Both the position numbers and the translations under genes were made by a program. Below, piece after piece: positions 1 through 11,577 of a stretch of 64,000 nt of DNA. This DNA is from Candidatus Oxydemutatoraceae bacterium (GTDB lineage Bacteria > Pseudomonadota > Gammaproteobacteria > Poriferisulfidales > Oxydemutatoraceae). The first letter of the stretch is position 1; every line of letters begins with the position of its first letter. The notes under the pieces were generated by a model. That model made no database searches, was not told the origin of the DNA, and saw nothing but the letters and a program-made list of their open reading frames with translations. Location: positions 640,001 through 704,000 of the forward strand of contig CBDCOZ010000003.1 in assembly GCA_965220085.1 (NCBI GenBank), in the 5' to 3' direction.

Positions 1-549
1 GGTATCAAAGTTGAGAACCAGTCTGTTGTTTTCCTGATCGATGCGAATGCCTCTTTGCCGTATGCGCTCCTCGCGCATGCGCGTGGCGAGTTCGTCGCGG
101 TAACTTTGCAAGGCTTTGGACAGCACCGCCTGATTGTCCACCTCCAGCAGAAAATACACCCCGCCGCGCAAGTCCAAGCCGAGATGCATCGGGCTCGCAT
201 AGAGACTCTTCAGCCACTGCGGGGTGGCGGGCGCTAAGTTGAGGGCCGCGATATGGCGGTAATCCAGCGAGGATTTGATGATATCAACCGCTGTCAGTTG
301 ATCTTCGGTGTTGTGAAAACGCAACAGCAACTTGCCATCGATAGCGGCCGGCGGGGATTTGACTGCGATGCCGTCAGCGGACAGCAACGCGGTTATTTTC
401 TCGGCCGTGCCCGCCGCCACCGTACCCGACGCGTGCGATATTTGAATCGCGGGGTCTTCGGGGTAGATATTCGGCAGGGCATAGATGCCGGCGCCGATTA
501 AAATGACCGCCAACAGAAGGCACTTCCAACGCAAATAGTTGTTCGGCAT
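1..549 (-). CDS. secD: Protein translocase subunit SecD (5' part, runs off window)
   Basis: Manual translation from ATG 549: MPNNYLRWKCLLLAVILIGAGIYALPNIYPEDPAIQIS...LGLDLRGGVYFLLEVD, the SecD N-terminal motif; follows yajC. Not in the ORF track because it is truncated by the window. Confidence 0.95.
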   Translation of the reverse strand, partial: MPNNYLRWKCLLLAVILIGAGIYALPNIYPEDPAIQISHASGTVAAGTAEKITALLSADGIAVKSPPAAIDGKLLLRFHNTEDQLTAVDIIKSSLDYRHIAALNLAPATPQWLKSLYASPMHLGLDLRGGVYFLLEVDNQAVLSKALQSYRDELATRMREERIRQRGIRIDQENNRLVLNFDT

Positions 550-569
550 TTTCTTATCCGGCCAAGGGC

Positions 570-899
570 TTACTCACCGCTCAGCGTTCCTTTCGGCATC
601 ATCGCATTGACAGACTGCTTTTGCACTTTGATCTTCACATTGTTGTGCACTTCAATGTCGACAAAATTTTCCCCGACCGAAGCGATTCGTCCGAGTATCC
701 CGCCGACTGTCGTCACTTCGTCGCCGACTGTCAGCGACTCGATCAATTCCTTGTGAGACTTGTTGCGTTTGTTCTGCGGTCTGATGACTACGAAGTACAT
801 AATCAAAAAGAACACAGCAACCATGATGAGCAATTCAAAGCCGCCGCTGTTGGCGGGCGCTCCGCCCTGTGCCTGAGCCGTGTGTATAAGTGAATTCAT
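570..899 (-). CDS. yajC: Preprotein translocase subunit YajC
   Basis: TM helix then IRPQNKR...GDEVTTVGGILG; tgt-yajC-secD synteny. Confidence 0.95.
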   Translation of the reverse strand: MNSLIHTAQAQGGAPANSGGFELLIMVAVFFLIMYFVVIRPQNKRNKSHKELIESLTVGDEVTTVGGILGRIASVGENFVDIEVHNNVKIKVQKQSVNAMMPKGTLSGE

Positions 900-969
900 G
901 ATATATCTTGTGGTTTGTTACCTGCGAGCAAATAGTAAAGGGCTATTATCGCATAACTGCCCGCCGATT

Positions 970-3106
<2,137 letters not shown>

Positions 3107-3210
3107 CCGGGCAGTAGCGACGCACATGAGGGAGAAATTATATAGCAAGCCGAGACAAACTGATTAGCGATATAATAAGCCTTCGTTTAATCGTATTTTC
3201 CGAGAACTTA

Positions 3211-4011
3211 ATGAACGATACATCACGCACCGTTTCGGTTGTCGTACTGAACTGGAAACGCCCCGAGTTCCTGCAACAAGTCTCGTTGCCCTTGCTGCAA
3301 AAATGCGAGAGAGTGAAGGAGATCATCATCTCCCACGGCTTGGAAGCCACTTTCTTTGACTGCCCAAGCGAACACTGCAAAGTCATCAACCGCAAGGACT
3401 GGGAGGTGAACTCCGAATACGGGCTCGCCCGTCGTTTCGTCGCCGCCCAAGATGCGACCAATGACTGCATCCTGATGATGGACGACGACGTGGTGATATT
3501 TGACAAAACCGTCAACAAACTCTACGACCTTTTTCTGCGCGACCCGGAGATTCTGCACGGGGAATACGGCCGCAACCTCGATTGTAATTTCGCCTACAGC
3601 AATCGCGATGCTTTTGGCGAAGTCTCTTTCGTTTTGACAGGTCTGGTGGCGACATCGCAACACAGGTGTAATTTGTTTTTGGAGAACATGGGTTTGGTCG
3701 AAGATCTGGTGCGCAAGAATTCCGCGCCGCTATGGAACGGCGAAGACATTTTCCATGCCGCATTATCGCTGCGGGAAAGCGGGCGCTTAAATCGCGCCTA
3801 CAAATTCCCGATGGCGGGCATCCCCGCCTACTGGCCGCCGGACCCGTTTACCGTGGCCGCTAACGAACGGCACCTGATCTGGCGGCGGGAGTTCGCGCGC
3901 CATCTGGTAGACCTATTTGACTTGCGCGACTTGGTGCGGCGGATTCCGCCGCCCAAGTACGGGAACGGTTTCCCCGCCCATCTGGGCCGCATTTTTTCGC
4001 GCGGCTTATAA
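3211..4011 (+). CDS. GT-A fold glycosyltransferase, resembling family 64 (EXTL2-like)
   Basis: VVVLNWKR, ARRF..., ILMMDDD (DxD), WNGEDI resembling the GT64 NCEDI motif. Confidence 0.6.
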   Translation: MNDTSRTVSVVVLNWKRPEFLQQVSLPLLQKCERVKEIIISHGLEATFFDCPSEHCKVINRKDWEVNSEYGLARRFVAAQDATNDCILMMDDDVVIFDKTVNKLYDLFLRDPEILHGEYGRNLDCNFAYSNRDAFGEVSFVLTGLVATSQHRCNLFLENMGLVEDLVRKNSAPLWNGEDIFHAALSLRESGRLNRAYKFPMAGIPAYWPPDPFTVAANERHLIWRREFARHLVDLFDLRDLVRRIPPPKYGNGFPAHLGRIFSRGL

Positions 4012-4147
4012 AGGCAGTGGTGCTTGTTGCCGTCAAAGGAACGCCGCAACCCGCCGCTTTAGCCCGCTTGTGCCCGTTTTCTTGCAACATGCCGCCGCCG
4101 CCCGCAGAAACCGCCCGTTGCGCATTGCATGACGGAAGGCGGGCGCT

Positions 4148-5014
4148 GTGAACTTTCGCGCGACCGTCATTTCCTGCTTGCGCGCGCATATCGTCTTGGA
4201 AGACGGGCGGCGCAACCTGTATCGCGCCCGCCGTTCCAAGAACTCGGCGCTGGCGTGCGGCGACAAAGTGCTCTGTTCTGACGACGGCGAAGCGTGCCGA
4301 ATCATAGAGCAACTGCCGCGGCGAACACATTTGAGCAGACAGCGCCGGCAAGGGGGGCGACAGGACATCGCCGCGAATATTACCGCAGTCATCGTCGTGA
4401 CCGACTTGGCCGCCGGCATCAACACCTTCTTGACAGACAGTTATCTCGTCGCTTGTGTTGCCATCGGGGTCAAACCGATTCTGGTATTTAACAAGATCGA
4501 CATCGCGCCGGTCGCTCCCGCGCACGAGATAATATTTTCCGGTTATCGCGCCGCAGGCTGCCGCATCTTTGCCATCAGCGCAAAAACCGGCGCGCAAACG
4601 GATGTGTTGGCGCAATCGCTGTGCGACGAAACCGTCATCATGCTCGGCTTGTCGGGCGCCGGCAAAACCTCTCTGGCCAACTGCCTGATTCCCGGCCTCA
4701 ATGCCAGAGTCGCCGATGTTTCCGTCGCCGCCGGCGAAGGCAGGCATACGACCAGCGCGACCACTCTGTATCATCTGGCAAGCGGCGGGGCGCTGATAGA
4801 CTCGCCCGGAGTGCGCTCCTACGCCTGCCCCGTATCGTCGTTTCGCGAAGTGCAGGATGCATACTCCGAGTTCCGTCGTTATGCGCAAGACTGCGCCTTC
4901 GCCGATTGCCGCCACGACCGCGAGCCGCAGTGCGCGGTGCGCGCCGCGGTCAATAGCGGATTACTGGCGCCGTTTCGCTATCGGCACTATCTGGAGTTGA
5001 TTCAAAACATTTAA
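4148..5014 (+). CDS. rsgA: Ribosome small subunit-dependent GTPase A
   Basis: NKID, GLSGAGKTSL, GRHTT, DSPG, C-terminal CAFADCRH..EPQC. Confidence 0.95.
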   Translation: MNFRATVISCLRAHIVLEDGRRNLYRARRSKNSALACGDKVLCSDDGEACRIIEQLPRRTHLSRQRRQGGRQDIAANITAVIVVTDLAAGINTFLTDSYLVACVAIGVKPILVFNKIDIAPVAPAHEIIFSGYRAAGCRIFAISAKTGAQTDVLAQSLCDETVIMLGLSGAGKTSLANCLIPGLNARVADVSVAAGEGRHTTSATTLYHLASGGALIDSPGVRSYACPVSSFREVQDAYSEFRRYAQDCAFADCRHDREPQCAVRAAVNSGLLAPFRYRHYLELIQNI

Positions 5015-5075
5015 GCGGCGCTTCGCGCCGCCGCGGCGCTTCGCGCCGCCGCGGCGCCGCCCGCCGACGGGTTTG

Positions 5076-5909
5076 CTACTCGTCAAAGCGGTAGTTAAAG
5101 CGCTCTATCGTGCGCGGGAAGTATTGCTCAATCCGCTGTCTTGATTGCGGCGTATACAGCGGTCGGTAGTCCCTTACCGCCGCATCCCGCACCTTTGACT
5201 TGACCCTTTTCAGCGCGCCCAAATCCGGCAAGCCGATGCGTTCGCAGACCTGTTTAAACTCCGGCTCAAGGTTCTCGTAAGCGATATATTGGTCAAGAAC
5301 GGGTTCGCCCTCGTGGAAGTAAAAATCCTCCGACATTTCCAATATCATGGAATACACATCGCTCATCAGAGTCGCCTCCATCGCTTCCCGATGCCTTTCC
5401 GCCTTCGCTTTTTTGAGTATCTGAGAAACAGAGCGTCGTTCTTTCAGGAAGTGCCAGATGCGCGATGCGTAAAACACGCTCCACGGCTGGCGCAGCCACA
5501 AGCCCGCATAGTGTTTTGCGTTGTCCATGTTTTCATCGTACGGATTGACCCCTTTCATCTTGAAGAAATAGAACGACGCAAACCAATCCCACGGGTTTCT
5601 GACCACGGTGAACTTGAAATAACTATTCCATGTCTCCTCGCCGACTATGCGGATGATTTCGGAGATGGGCAGATGGCCTCTCATGGCGCAAAACACCGGA
5701 GACACCCGCTTGATCGCCGCGCCCCGATTGCGCAGCGCGGGGAAAGGCGTCTCGTCCCACGCCGGGTTATATTCCAGTTGCTTGCCGTCGTGGACGATGA
5801 GGTCATCGTCGTCGCCGAGCGCCCCGCTGAGTTTGAGCATAATGCTGGAGCCGGCGATTTTTCTTTGCCGCACAAAGATAAAGCGGTGTTTGTGGGAGAT
5901 GATAGTCAT
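5076..5909 (-). CDS. Sulfotransferase family 2 protein
   Basis: IISHKHRFIFV..RKIAGSSI (5'-PAPS loop), FKFTVVRNPWD..S (3'-PAPS motif), YENLE. Confidence 0.8.
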   Translation of the reverse strand: MTIISHKHRFIFVRQRKIAGSSIMLKLSGALGDDDDLIVHDGKQLEYNPAWDETPFPALRNRGAAIKRVSPVFCAMRGHLPISEIIRIVGEETWNSYFKFTVVRNPWDWFASFYFFKMKGVNPYDENMDNAKHYAGLWLRQPWSVFYASRIWHFLKERRSVSQILKKAKAERHREAMEATLMSDVYSMILEMSEDFYFHEGEPVLDQYIAYENLEPEFKQVCERIGLPDLGALKRVKSKVRDAAVRDYRPLYTPQSRQRIEQYFPRTIERFNYRFDE

Positions 5910-5912
5910 GTC

Positions 5913-6506
5913 TCAATAGGCTTGCCGGCTGTCAAACGCTCTGGACAGCGTGGACATATCTATGTACTCCAGTTCGCCGCCGACCGGCACCCCCTGCGCG
6001 ATCTGGCTGACCGCAACCCCGCGCTTGTGCGCCAGTTCGCGTATCACGTGGGCGGTGACATCCCCCTCGACCGTCGTGCTAGTCGCCAGAATCAACTCCG
6101 CGATCGTTTCTTGCGCGAGGATATCTTCCAACGAGTCAAGACCGATCTCTTGCGGCCCGATGTCATCCAGCGGCGACAGCTTGCCGTGCAAGACAAAGTA
6201 CAGGCCGCGATAATTGCCGATGCCCTCTATCGCCGCCAGATCGGCCGGGCTTTCCACGACGCAGCGCAACGACTTATCGCGTTCTTCGTCCGCGCAGATA
6301 GCGCACAACTCCTCTTCGGCAAACATGCGGCAACTCTTGCAGTTGCCGATTTTCTCCATCGCGGTGACAAGGTTTTCGCCGAGTTGTTCGCCGTTTTCGC
6401 GATTGCGCTCCAGCAGATAGTACGCATACCGCTGCGCGGTTTTTCTGCCGACGCCCGGCAAACAGGCAAAAGCCGCAATCAATTTTTCCAGCAAATCATC
6501 CCGCAT
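5913..6506 (-). CDS. recR: Recombination mediator RecR
   Basis: LPGVGRKTAQR, C4 Zn finger, Toprim VVE..D, GVPVGGELEY. Confidence 0.97.
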   Translation of the reverse strand: MRDDLLEKLIAAFACLPGVGRKTAQRYAYYLLERNRENGEQLGENLVTAMEKIGNCKSCRMFAEEELCAICADEERDKSLRCVVESPADLAAIEGIGNYRGLYFVLHGKLSPLDDIGPQEIGLDSLEDILAQETIAELILATSTTVEGDVTAHVIRELAHKRGVAVSQIAQGVPVGGELEYIDMSTLSRAFDSRQAY

Positions 6507-6509
6507 GGC

Positions 6510-8216
6510 CTAGTTTTCTGTCTTCGTCGGGCGCACCGAATCGGGCAGTGTGCTCGCATTAAATTCCTTTTTGATCAAGGCAACATCCGGGTCTTGGTCA
6601 AACGCGGCTTGCGCCTGATGTTGTTGTCTGGCTGCGTTCTGTTTTTGCAGTTGTGCCGGCGATGTCGTCTCGTCGGCGACCGTGAATTGCAAGTCTACCT
6701 CGGCGCCGACCGCCCGATTCAAGGCCTCGCGGATGGCTTGTCGGTTCTTGTCGGAGCAGAGTTCCGCGGTACTCTCATCCATCTGCAGTCGCGCCGCGGT
6801 CGGCGCATCGGCTATCAGCAACGCCTGATAACAGAGCCCGCGCAAGTGCCCGCTGAGCGCCATCTGTTCTATCAGTTTGCCCCAGCCTTCGGCGCCGTCG
6901 TAGTCGCGCAAGTCCGCGGCGGGTGTTGCGCCGCTTGTCGGCGCATCGGCGCTCGCCGTACCCGCTTCCGCTGCGGTTGCTTCCGCCTTCGGCGGCGTTG
7001 CTTGCGGCGCGGTTGTTTCCGCCTTCGGCGTCGTCGCTTGCGGCGCGGTTGTTTCCGCCTTCGGCGTCGTCGCTTGCCGCGGCTTGGCGGCGGGTGTGGC
7101 AGGGGCGGCGGCCTGTGCCGCCGGCGCGGATTGCAAGGGAATAAAGTTCATAATCCGCAAAAAGGTCATCTCAATGGCATTTTTATCGTCTCCGACCAAC
7201 GGCATATCTCGCTTGCCGCTCAACGCGGTTTGATAGGCGAGTTGTATGTCCTCCGCCGCCATCGCTTCGGCCAGAGCCTTGATATCGGCGGCGGCAAAAT
7301 GGGGCGACGGTTCGGCATCGGGCAAGGTCTGATGCAGCGCGATGCGGTGCAGCAGGTCGATAAAGTCCTTCAGCACGCCGCTAAAATCGGCCGCATTGCG
7401 GTAAAGTTCGTCGACGATTTGCAGCATGCCGGCGGCATCGCCTTGCGTTATGCGCTGCAATATCCGCACCGTGCTTTCGCGGTCGCTGAGTCCGAGCATC
7501 TCATACACGGCATCGGTCTTTAACGCGCCGTTGCCATAGGCGATGGCCTGATCGAGCAGGCTCAAAGCATCCCGCATACTGCCTTCGGCGGCGATGACGA
7601 TTTTGTCCGGCGCGCTGTCTTCGCAGGCGATGTCCTCGTCCTCTAGCAACTTGCGCAGATATTCCAGGATGGTCTGCTTGGGCAACCGCGTCAGGTTCAG
7701 TTGCAAGCAACGCGACAACACCGTCGCCGGTATCTTTTGCGGGTTGGTGGTTGCGAACAAGAATTTGATATGGTCGGGCGGCTCCTCAAGGGTCTTCAGC
7801 AGAGCGTTGAAACTGCTGACAGACAGCATATGCACTTCGTCGATCAGGTAGATTTTATAGCGCCCGCGGCTCGGCGCGTATTGCACATTGTCGAGTATCT
7901 CGCGCATATTCTCCACCCCGGTGCGGGAGGCGGCGTCTACTTCAATCAGATCGACGAAACGCCCGTCGTCTATCTCGCGACACGCGGCGCATTTGCCGCA
8001 CGGGTTTGCGGTCGGCCCGGTTTCGCAGTTTAAGCACCGCGCCAAGATCCGCGCGATGGTTGTTTTGCCGACGCCGCGGGTGCCGGCAAACAAGTATGCG
8101 TGATGCATGCGCGACAACTCAATGGCGTTGCTCAGGGTGCGGATCACATGTTCCTGCCCCGCCACTTCGGCAAAACTTCGCGGTCGCCATTTGCGCGCCA
8201 GTACTTTATAGCTCAC
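6510..8216 (-). CDS. dnaX: DNA polymerase III subunit gamma/tau
   Basis: SYKVLARKWRP, GTRGVGKTT, DEVHML, SRC. Confidence 0.97.
   Translation of the reverse strand: MSYKVLARKWRPRSFAEVAGQEHVIRTLSNAIELSRMHHAYLFAGTRGVGKTTIARILARCLNCETGPTANPCGKCAACREIDDGRFVDLIEVDAASRTGVENMREILDNVQYAPSRGRYKIYLIDEVHMLSVSSFNALLKTLEEPPDHIKFLFATTNPQKIPATVLSRCLQLNLTRLPKQTILEYLRKLLEDEDIACEDSAPDKIVIAAEGSMRDALSLLDQAIAYGNGALKTDAVYEMLGLSDRESTVRILQRITQGDAAGMLQIVDELYRNAADFSGVLKDFIDLLHRIALHQTLPDAEPSPHFAAADIKALAEAMAAEDIQLAYQTALSGKRDMPLVGDDKNAIEMTFLRIMNFIPLQSAPAAQAAAPATPAAKPRQATTPKAETTAPQATTPKAETTAPQATPPKAEATAAEAGTASADAPTSGATPAADLRDYDGAEGWGKLIEQMALSGHLRGLCYQALLIADAPTAARLQMDESTAELCSDKNRQAIREALNRAVGAEVDLQFTVADETTSPAQLQKQNAARQQHQAQAAFDQDPDVALIKKEFNASTLPDSVRPTKTEN
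6978..7077 (-). repeat. About 3 x 36-bp coding repeat (QATTPKAETTAP) in the DnaX linker
   Basis: Visible in both DNA and protein. Confidence 0.85.
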
Positions 8217-8594
8217 TGTTATCGTTTCAATTTGTTTTCGGGTTTCTTGCGCTAAGCGCGCCGCATCCTCGGCGCTGCCGGCGACCTGTGCGCCAATCGG
8301 GTTTGCAACGACCGGTCGCAGAGGCGCGCCCGCAAGAATCTGTCTATTATACTCAGCCTTTTATTTGCTTGCCAAAACGCGCTTATCATCGGGCAACCGA
8401 ATCATCGGCGCCCGGTGCGACTGTCAAGGTTCTGCACTGACGCTTACTGACGCTTGGGGAATTCCATGCCGCAACGATGCAAGCGGCAAAGGCGATGTCG
8501 CATCTATCTCACGCACGGCGATAGCGGACATCCTTCGTGTGCCGACTCCCGCGAGGAGCGTGTCGGCGGGCGCGAGTCTTGCGAGGAATCGCTC

Positions 8595-8966
8595 GCGCTA
8601 TCGCAACGGGCATTCAAGAAGGAGTGTGTCGTGCGAGCGTTGCGGGTTGCTTGCGCTATCGCAACGGGCCTTCAAGAAGGAGTGTGTCGTGCGAGTGTTG
8701 CGGGTTGCTTGCGTTATCGCAACGGGCCTTCAAGAAGGAGTGTGTCGTGCGAGCGTTGCGGGTTGCTTGCGCTATCGCAACGGGCATTCAAGAAGGAGTG
8801 TCGTGCGAGCGTTGCGGGTTGCTTGCGCTATCGCAACGGGCCTTCAAGAAGGAGTGTGTCGTGCGAGCGTTGCGGGTTGCTTGCGCTATCGCAACGGGCC
8901 TTCAAGAAGGAGTGTGTCGTGCGAGCGTTGCGGGTTGCTTGCGCTATCGCAACGGGCCTTCAAGAA
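8595..8966. repeat. Tandem array of six 58-bp units (one 56 bp), each carrying a copy of the LEGPLR-stop gene end
   Basis: gcgctatcgcaacggg starts at 8595, 8653, 8711, 8769, 8825, 8883 and 8941; the last is the real gene end. Confidence 0.95.
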
Positions 8967-10209
8967 AGAGGCGCAAGCGCAAGCTCAGGTGCTCCACCAG
9001 ATGTATGTTCATCGTGCGGGCTTCGGTGTTGCCGGTGCCATCATAGTTCACCATGTAGGTGAAACTGGCGAAGTTGGGGGCGGCGGCGGAGTCTTCCGGG
9101 GGATAATAGATGAGCTCTCCATTTCGTATTGAGTCCCCGTTTACAGTGAGGTTGTCTGCAATGGCTACTGATCCTCCCAGGAGAAATGTGCCCCTGCCCG
9201 ATGCTATGGTGGTGATTACGGGCACGCTTTTCAGAGCGCCGGTGGGATCGTTCGGGAACATAAAGTCGGATGGCTTGAACCTGTAGGGCGCGTCTGCGTC
9301 GGCGGTAATCGGCACACTCACCGAATTGGCTCTGGCGATGATGGCGCCTGTGGTGCACAGCGTGGGGGCATCGGCGTCGCCGCCCTCTTCGGTGCCTATG
9401 CCGTCGGTGAAACGGAGACAAACGCGGATGTATTGGCCGATATGTTCCCGCCCCGGTGTGAAGGCGTCGGCGGTGGCTCCGGCGATGTTTTCGTATGTGC
9501 CAGCCTGGGTGGCGGACTGTTGCCATTGCCAACTGCGTCTGTGGGTGGGGATGCCGTTGGGCTCGGTGATGCCGGCAGTGCCGGCAATCAGTTCCGCATC
9601 CTCGTTGTAGGCGACGCCCGATGCCGCCGTGACCGTCGGTGCGCCGGTGGCCGCCGTATTTGTGGACGGCACCAGATCTACGGTGATGGTGGCGGCGGGC
9701 CCTTCGCTGTTTGCCGTCCAGGTAAAGGTGGTATAGCCCGCCATGGGCATGTCAGCGCTACGGGGAAAATACTTTACGGTGCCAATGTCAGCAAGGGGTA
9801 TATTCGCAATCGTTCGGCCTACAACAGTGACACCGCGCGTCAACTCAAACTGTCCGTCGCTTTGGAGCACCCCCAACGAAGTCGAGGTTATGCTCCCTGT
9901 GGCATTGGCGGGGGCGGTCTCAAAGTGTACGCTGGTCAAGGTATTGGCATTGCCAAACGGAAAATCACCCGCCGAGAAAGTATAACTGAGGCCCGCCGGC
10001 ACATAGATGGTGTTGTTCTGCGCCACAGGCGCGCTTTGCGCTTGGGCTTGCGCACAGGCAACAAACAGCGCTGGCAACATCAGCAATCGGAGGCTGCGCC
10101 GTATCATCGTTGCCCGCCGATAGGGGGGGGGGGGGGGGGGGGGGGCTATATAAACAGTGGCGGAAGCGCCGGGGGTGCCAGGCTGGTGACGAATTATTTT
10201 GATGTTCAT
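8944..10209 (-). CDS. LEGPLR-family secreted protein 1 (cadherin-like/Ig-like repeats); poly-C23 in frame
   Basis: GGAGA RBS before ATG 10209; poly-Pro from G23 at 10123-10145; signal peptide ...LFVACAQAQA; ends LSLRLRLFLEGPLR. Confidence 0.85.
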   Translation of the reverse strand: MNIKIIRHQPGTPGASATVYIAPPPPPPPYRRATMIRRSLRLLMLPALFVACAQAQAQSAPVAQNNTIYVPAGLSYTFSAGDFPFGNANTLTSVHFETAPANATGSITSTSLGVLQSDGQFELTRGVTVVGRTIANIPLADIGTVKYFPRSADMPMAGYTTFTWTANSEGPAATITVDLVPSTNTAATGAPTVTAASGVAYNEDAELIAGTAGITEPNGIPTHRRSWQWQQSATQAGTYENIAGATADAFTPGREHIGQYIRVCLRFTDGIGTEEGGDADAPTLCTTGAIIARANSVSVPITADADAPYRFKPSDFMFPNDPTGALKSVPVITTIASGRGTFLLGGSVAIADNLTVNGDSIRNGELIYYPPEDSAAAPNFASFTYMVNYDGTGNTEARTMNIHLVEHLSLRLRLFLEGPLR

Positions 10210-10325
10210 GATAAATCTCCGTTGATTAGCAGACGAAATATGCAACTATGCAACCGATTGCCTGCCCATGATAAATCTCCGTTGGTTAGCAGATGAAATA
10301 TGCGACATGCAACCGATTGCCCGCC
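10207..10325. repeat. Two ~60-bp direct repeats covering the RBS/start region of LEGPLR gene 1
   Basis: catgataaatctccgttg...atgcaaccgattgcc occurs at 10207 and 10267. Confidence 0.85.
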
Positions 10326-10326
10326 T

Positions 10327-10354
10327 ATGATACACACTACAAAATAATTTGCAA
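10327..10354 (-). promoter_or_regulatory. Putative sigma70 promoter of LEGPLR gene 1
   Basis: TTGCAA-16bp-TATCAT on the minus strand, in the conserved caggcgcTTGCAA context. Confidence 0.55.
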
Positions 10355-10421
10355 GCGCCTGTATGATGCCATGACATATTGGAAACTTTGGGCAAATATT
10401 GTGAATAGAGGAGTATCGGAC

Positions 10422-11291
10422 TTAACCAAACAGCGCCGGTTTTTCTTTTTCGCCCTGGTCTGCGCGGATGCGGTATTGTCCGCTTTCCAGTCGCTCGCGG
10501 GCGAAAGCGTGATATTCGGGGACCACCTCAAATCCGACATAATCCCGCTTCGCCATTTTGCTGACCACCGCAACCTGACCCGAGCCCATGAATGGGTCCA
10601 GAACCAGATCGCCCGGGTCGCTGGCGTAGGCGAGGATTTTTTTCACCAGTTCGGCGGGCAGCTTGGTCGGGGTCTTTTTGTCGCCTGTCCAGTATTCCCG
10701 CTTGATGACCCACACATCCTCCAGGTCTGCGTAAAGCATACTGCCGCCGTTATCGCGCCGCGCGCCCGGCGCAAAGCGGCAGTGCGGATTGAATTTCCGC
10801 TTGCGGTCGTCCTTGCACAAAAACAGGCAATGGTAATGCGAAGTCACAAACCGGCGGCGGCAAAACACGCCGAATTGATACTTCCAAATGATGTGGTTCA
10901 CCGTGACGAATCCGCACTCGTCCGCGGCGACCAGAATGTCTTTCAGGTTGTTCCAGCCGGAGAAAACAAAGGCGCTGCCGGCGGGGCGCAACAGGCGAAA
11001 CGCCTCGCGCATCCAGGCGCGGGAAAAGTCCGCGTATTCCGCCGCCGGAATTTCGTTGTATCCCTCCAAGACGCGCCCGTCTGTCCGGTTGTAGTTGGTG
11101 CGCGCCGCCTTGAAGTCAATCGCAAACGGCGGGTCGGTCACAATCAGATCCACCGAATCCGGCGGCATCGCGACCATTCCCGCAACGCAGTCGCCGCAAA
11201 AAATCTCGTTGCGCGGAGCCTCGGTTGCCGCGTCCGTCTCGTTCGCTCCGGATGACCGAGCGACCGCTCCCGCATGATTCCGATCGTTCAT
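10422..11291 (-). CDS. Orphan beta-class N4/N6 DNA methyltransferase
   Basis: DLIVTDPPF precedes VLDPFMGSG; no adjacent endonuclease; start taken at MNDRNH. Confidence 0.88.
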   Translation of the reverse strand: MNDRNHAGAVARSSGANETDAATEAPRNEIFCGDCVAGMVAMPPDSVDLIVTDPPFAIDFKAARTNYNRTDGRVLEGYNEIPAAEYADFSRAWMREAFRLLRPAGSAFVFSGWNNLKDILVAADECGFVTVNHIIWKYQFGVFCRRRFVTSHYHCLFLCKDDRKRKFNPHCRFAPGARRDNGGSMLYADLEDVWVIKREYWTGDKKTPTKLPAELVKKILAYASDPGDLVLDPFMGSGQVAVVSKMAKRDYVGFEVVPEYHAFARERLESGQYRIRADQGEKEKPALFG

Positions 11292-11577
11292 GCCCGCATT
11301 ATACACGGCATCATCAAAGCAGAATGACCGCCGCCGGCGCAAGTTTTCCGGAACACGGAAGGGATGGAATGGCGTCGGTCGCTTATGCCGAAGGCGGCGT
11401 ATCATAAGAGCGTCCGTCACCCGGCAAAGCAGCGGGGCTGTGGCGCGGCGCATATCTCGGGGCGGCGTCCCGCGCTTGTCCGCGCTTGACAATCTGCAAA
11501 GAGGTAGTACTCTGAGCGGATATTCCTTTGCTATGAATGGTTTTAACCTGTTCAAACACACTATTCGCTAATAACCG

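Noticed and set aside
5289-7523. 744-aa plus-strand ORF and similar long antisense ORFs (11383-13470, 13587-14609, 29909-31150)
   Set aside because: Shadow frames opposite well-supported genes in GC-rich DNA.
8220-8400. SRP RNA (ffs) expected upstream of dnaX
   Set aside because: The conserved CAGG-CCGGAAGG-AGCAG core was not found on either strand.
8595-8966. CRISPR array
   Set aside because: The 'spacers' are essentially identical, no cas genes are present, and the repeat is the 3' end of the adjacent gene.
8365-9132. Plus-strand repetitive ORFs (8365, 8454, 8537)
   Set aside because: Read-through of the 58-bp repeat, antisense to gene 1.
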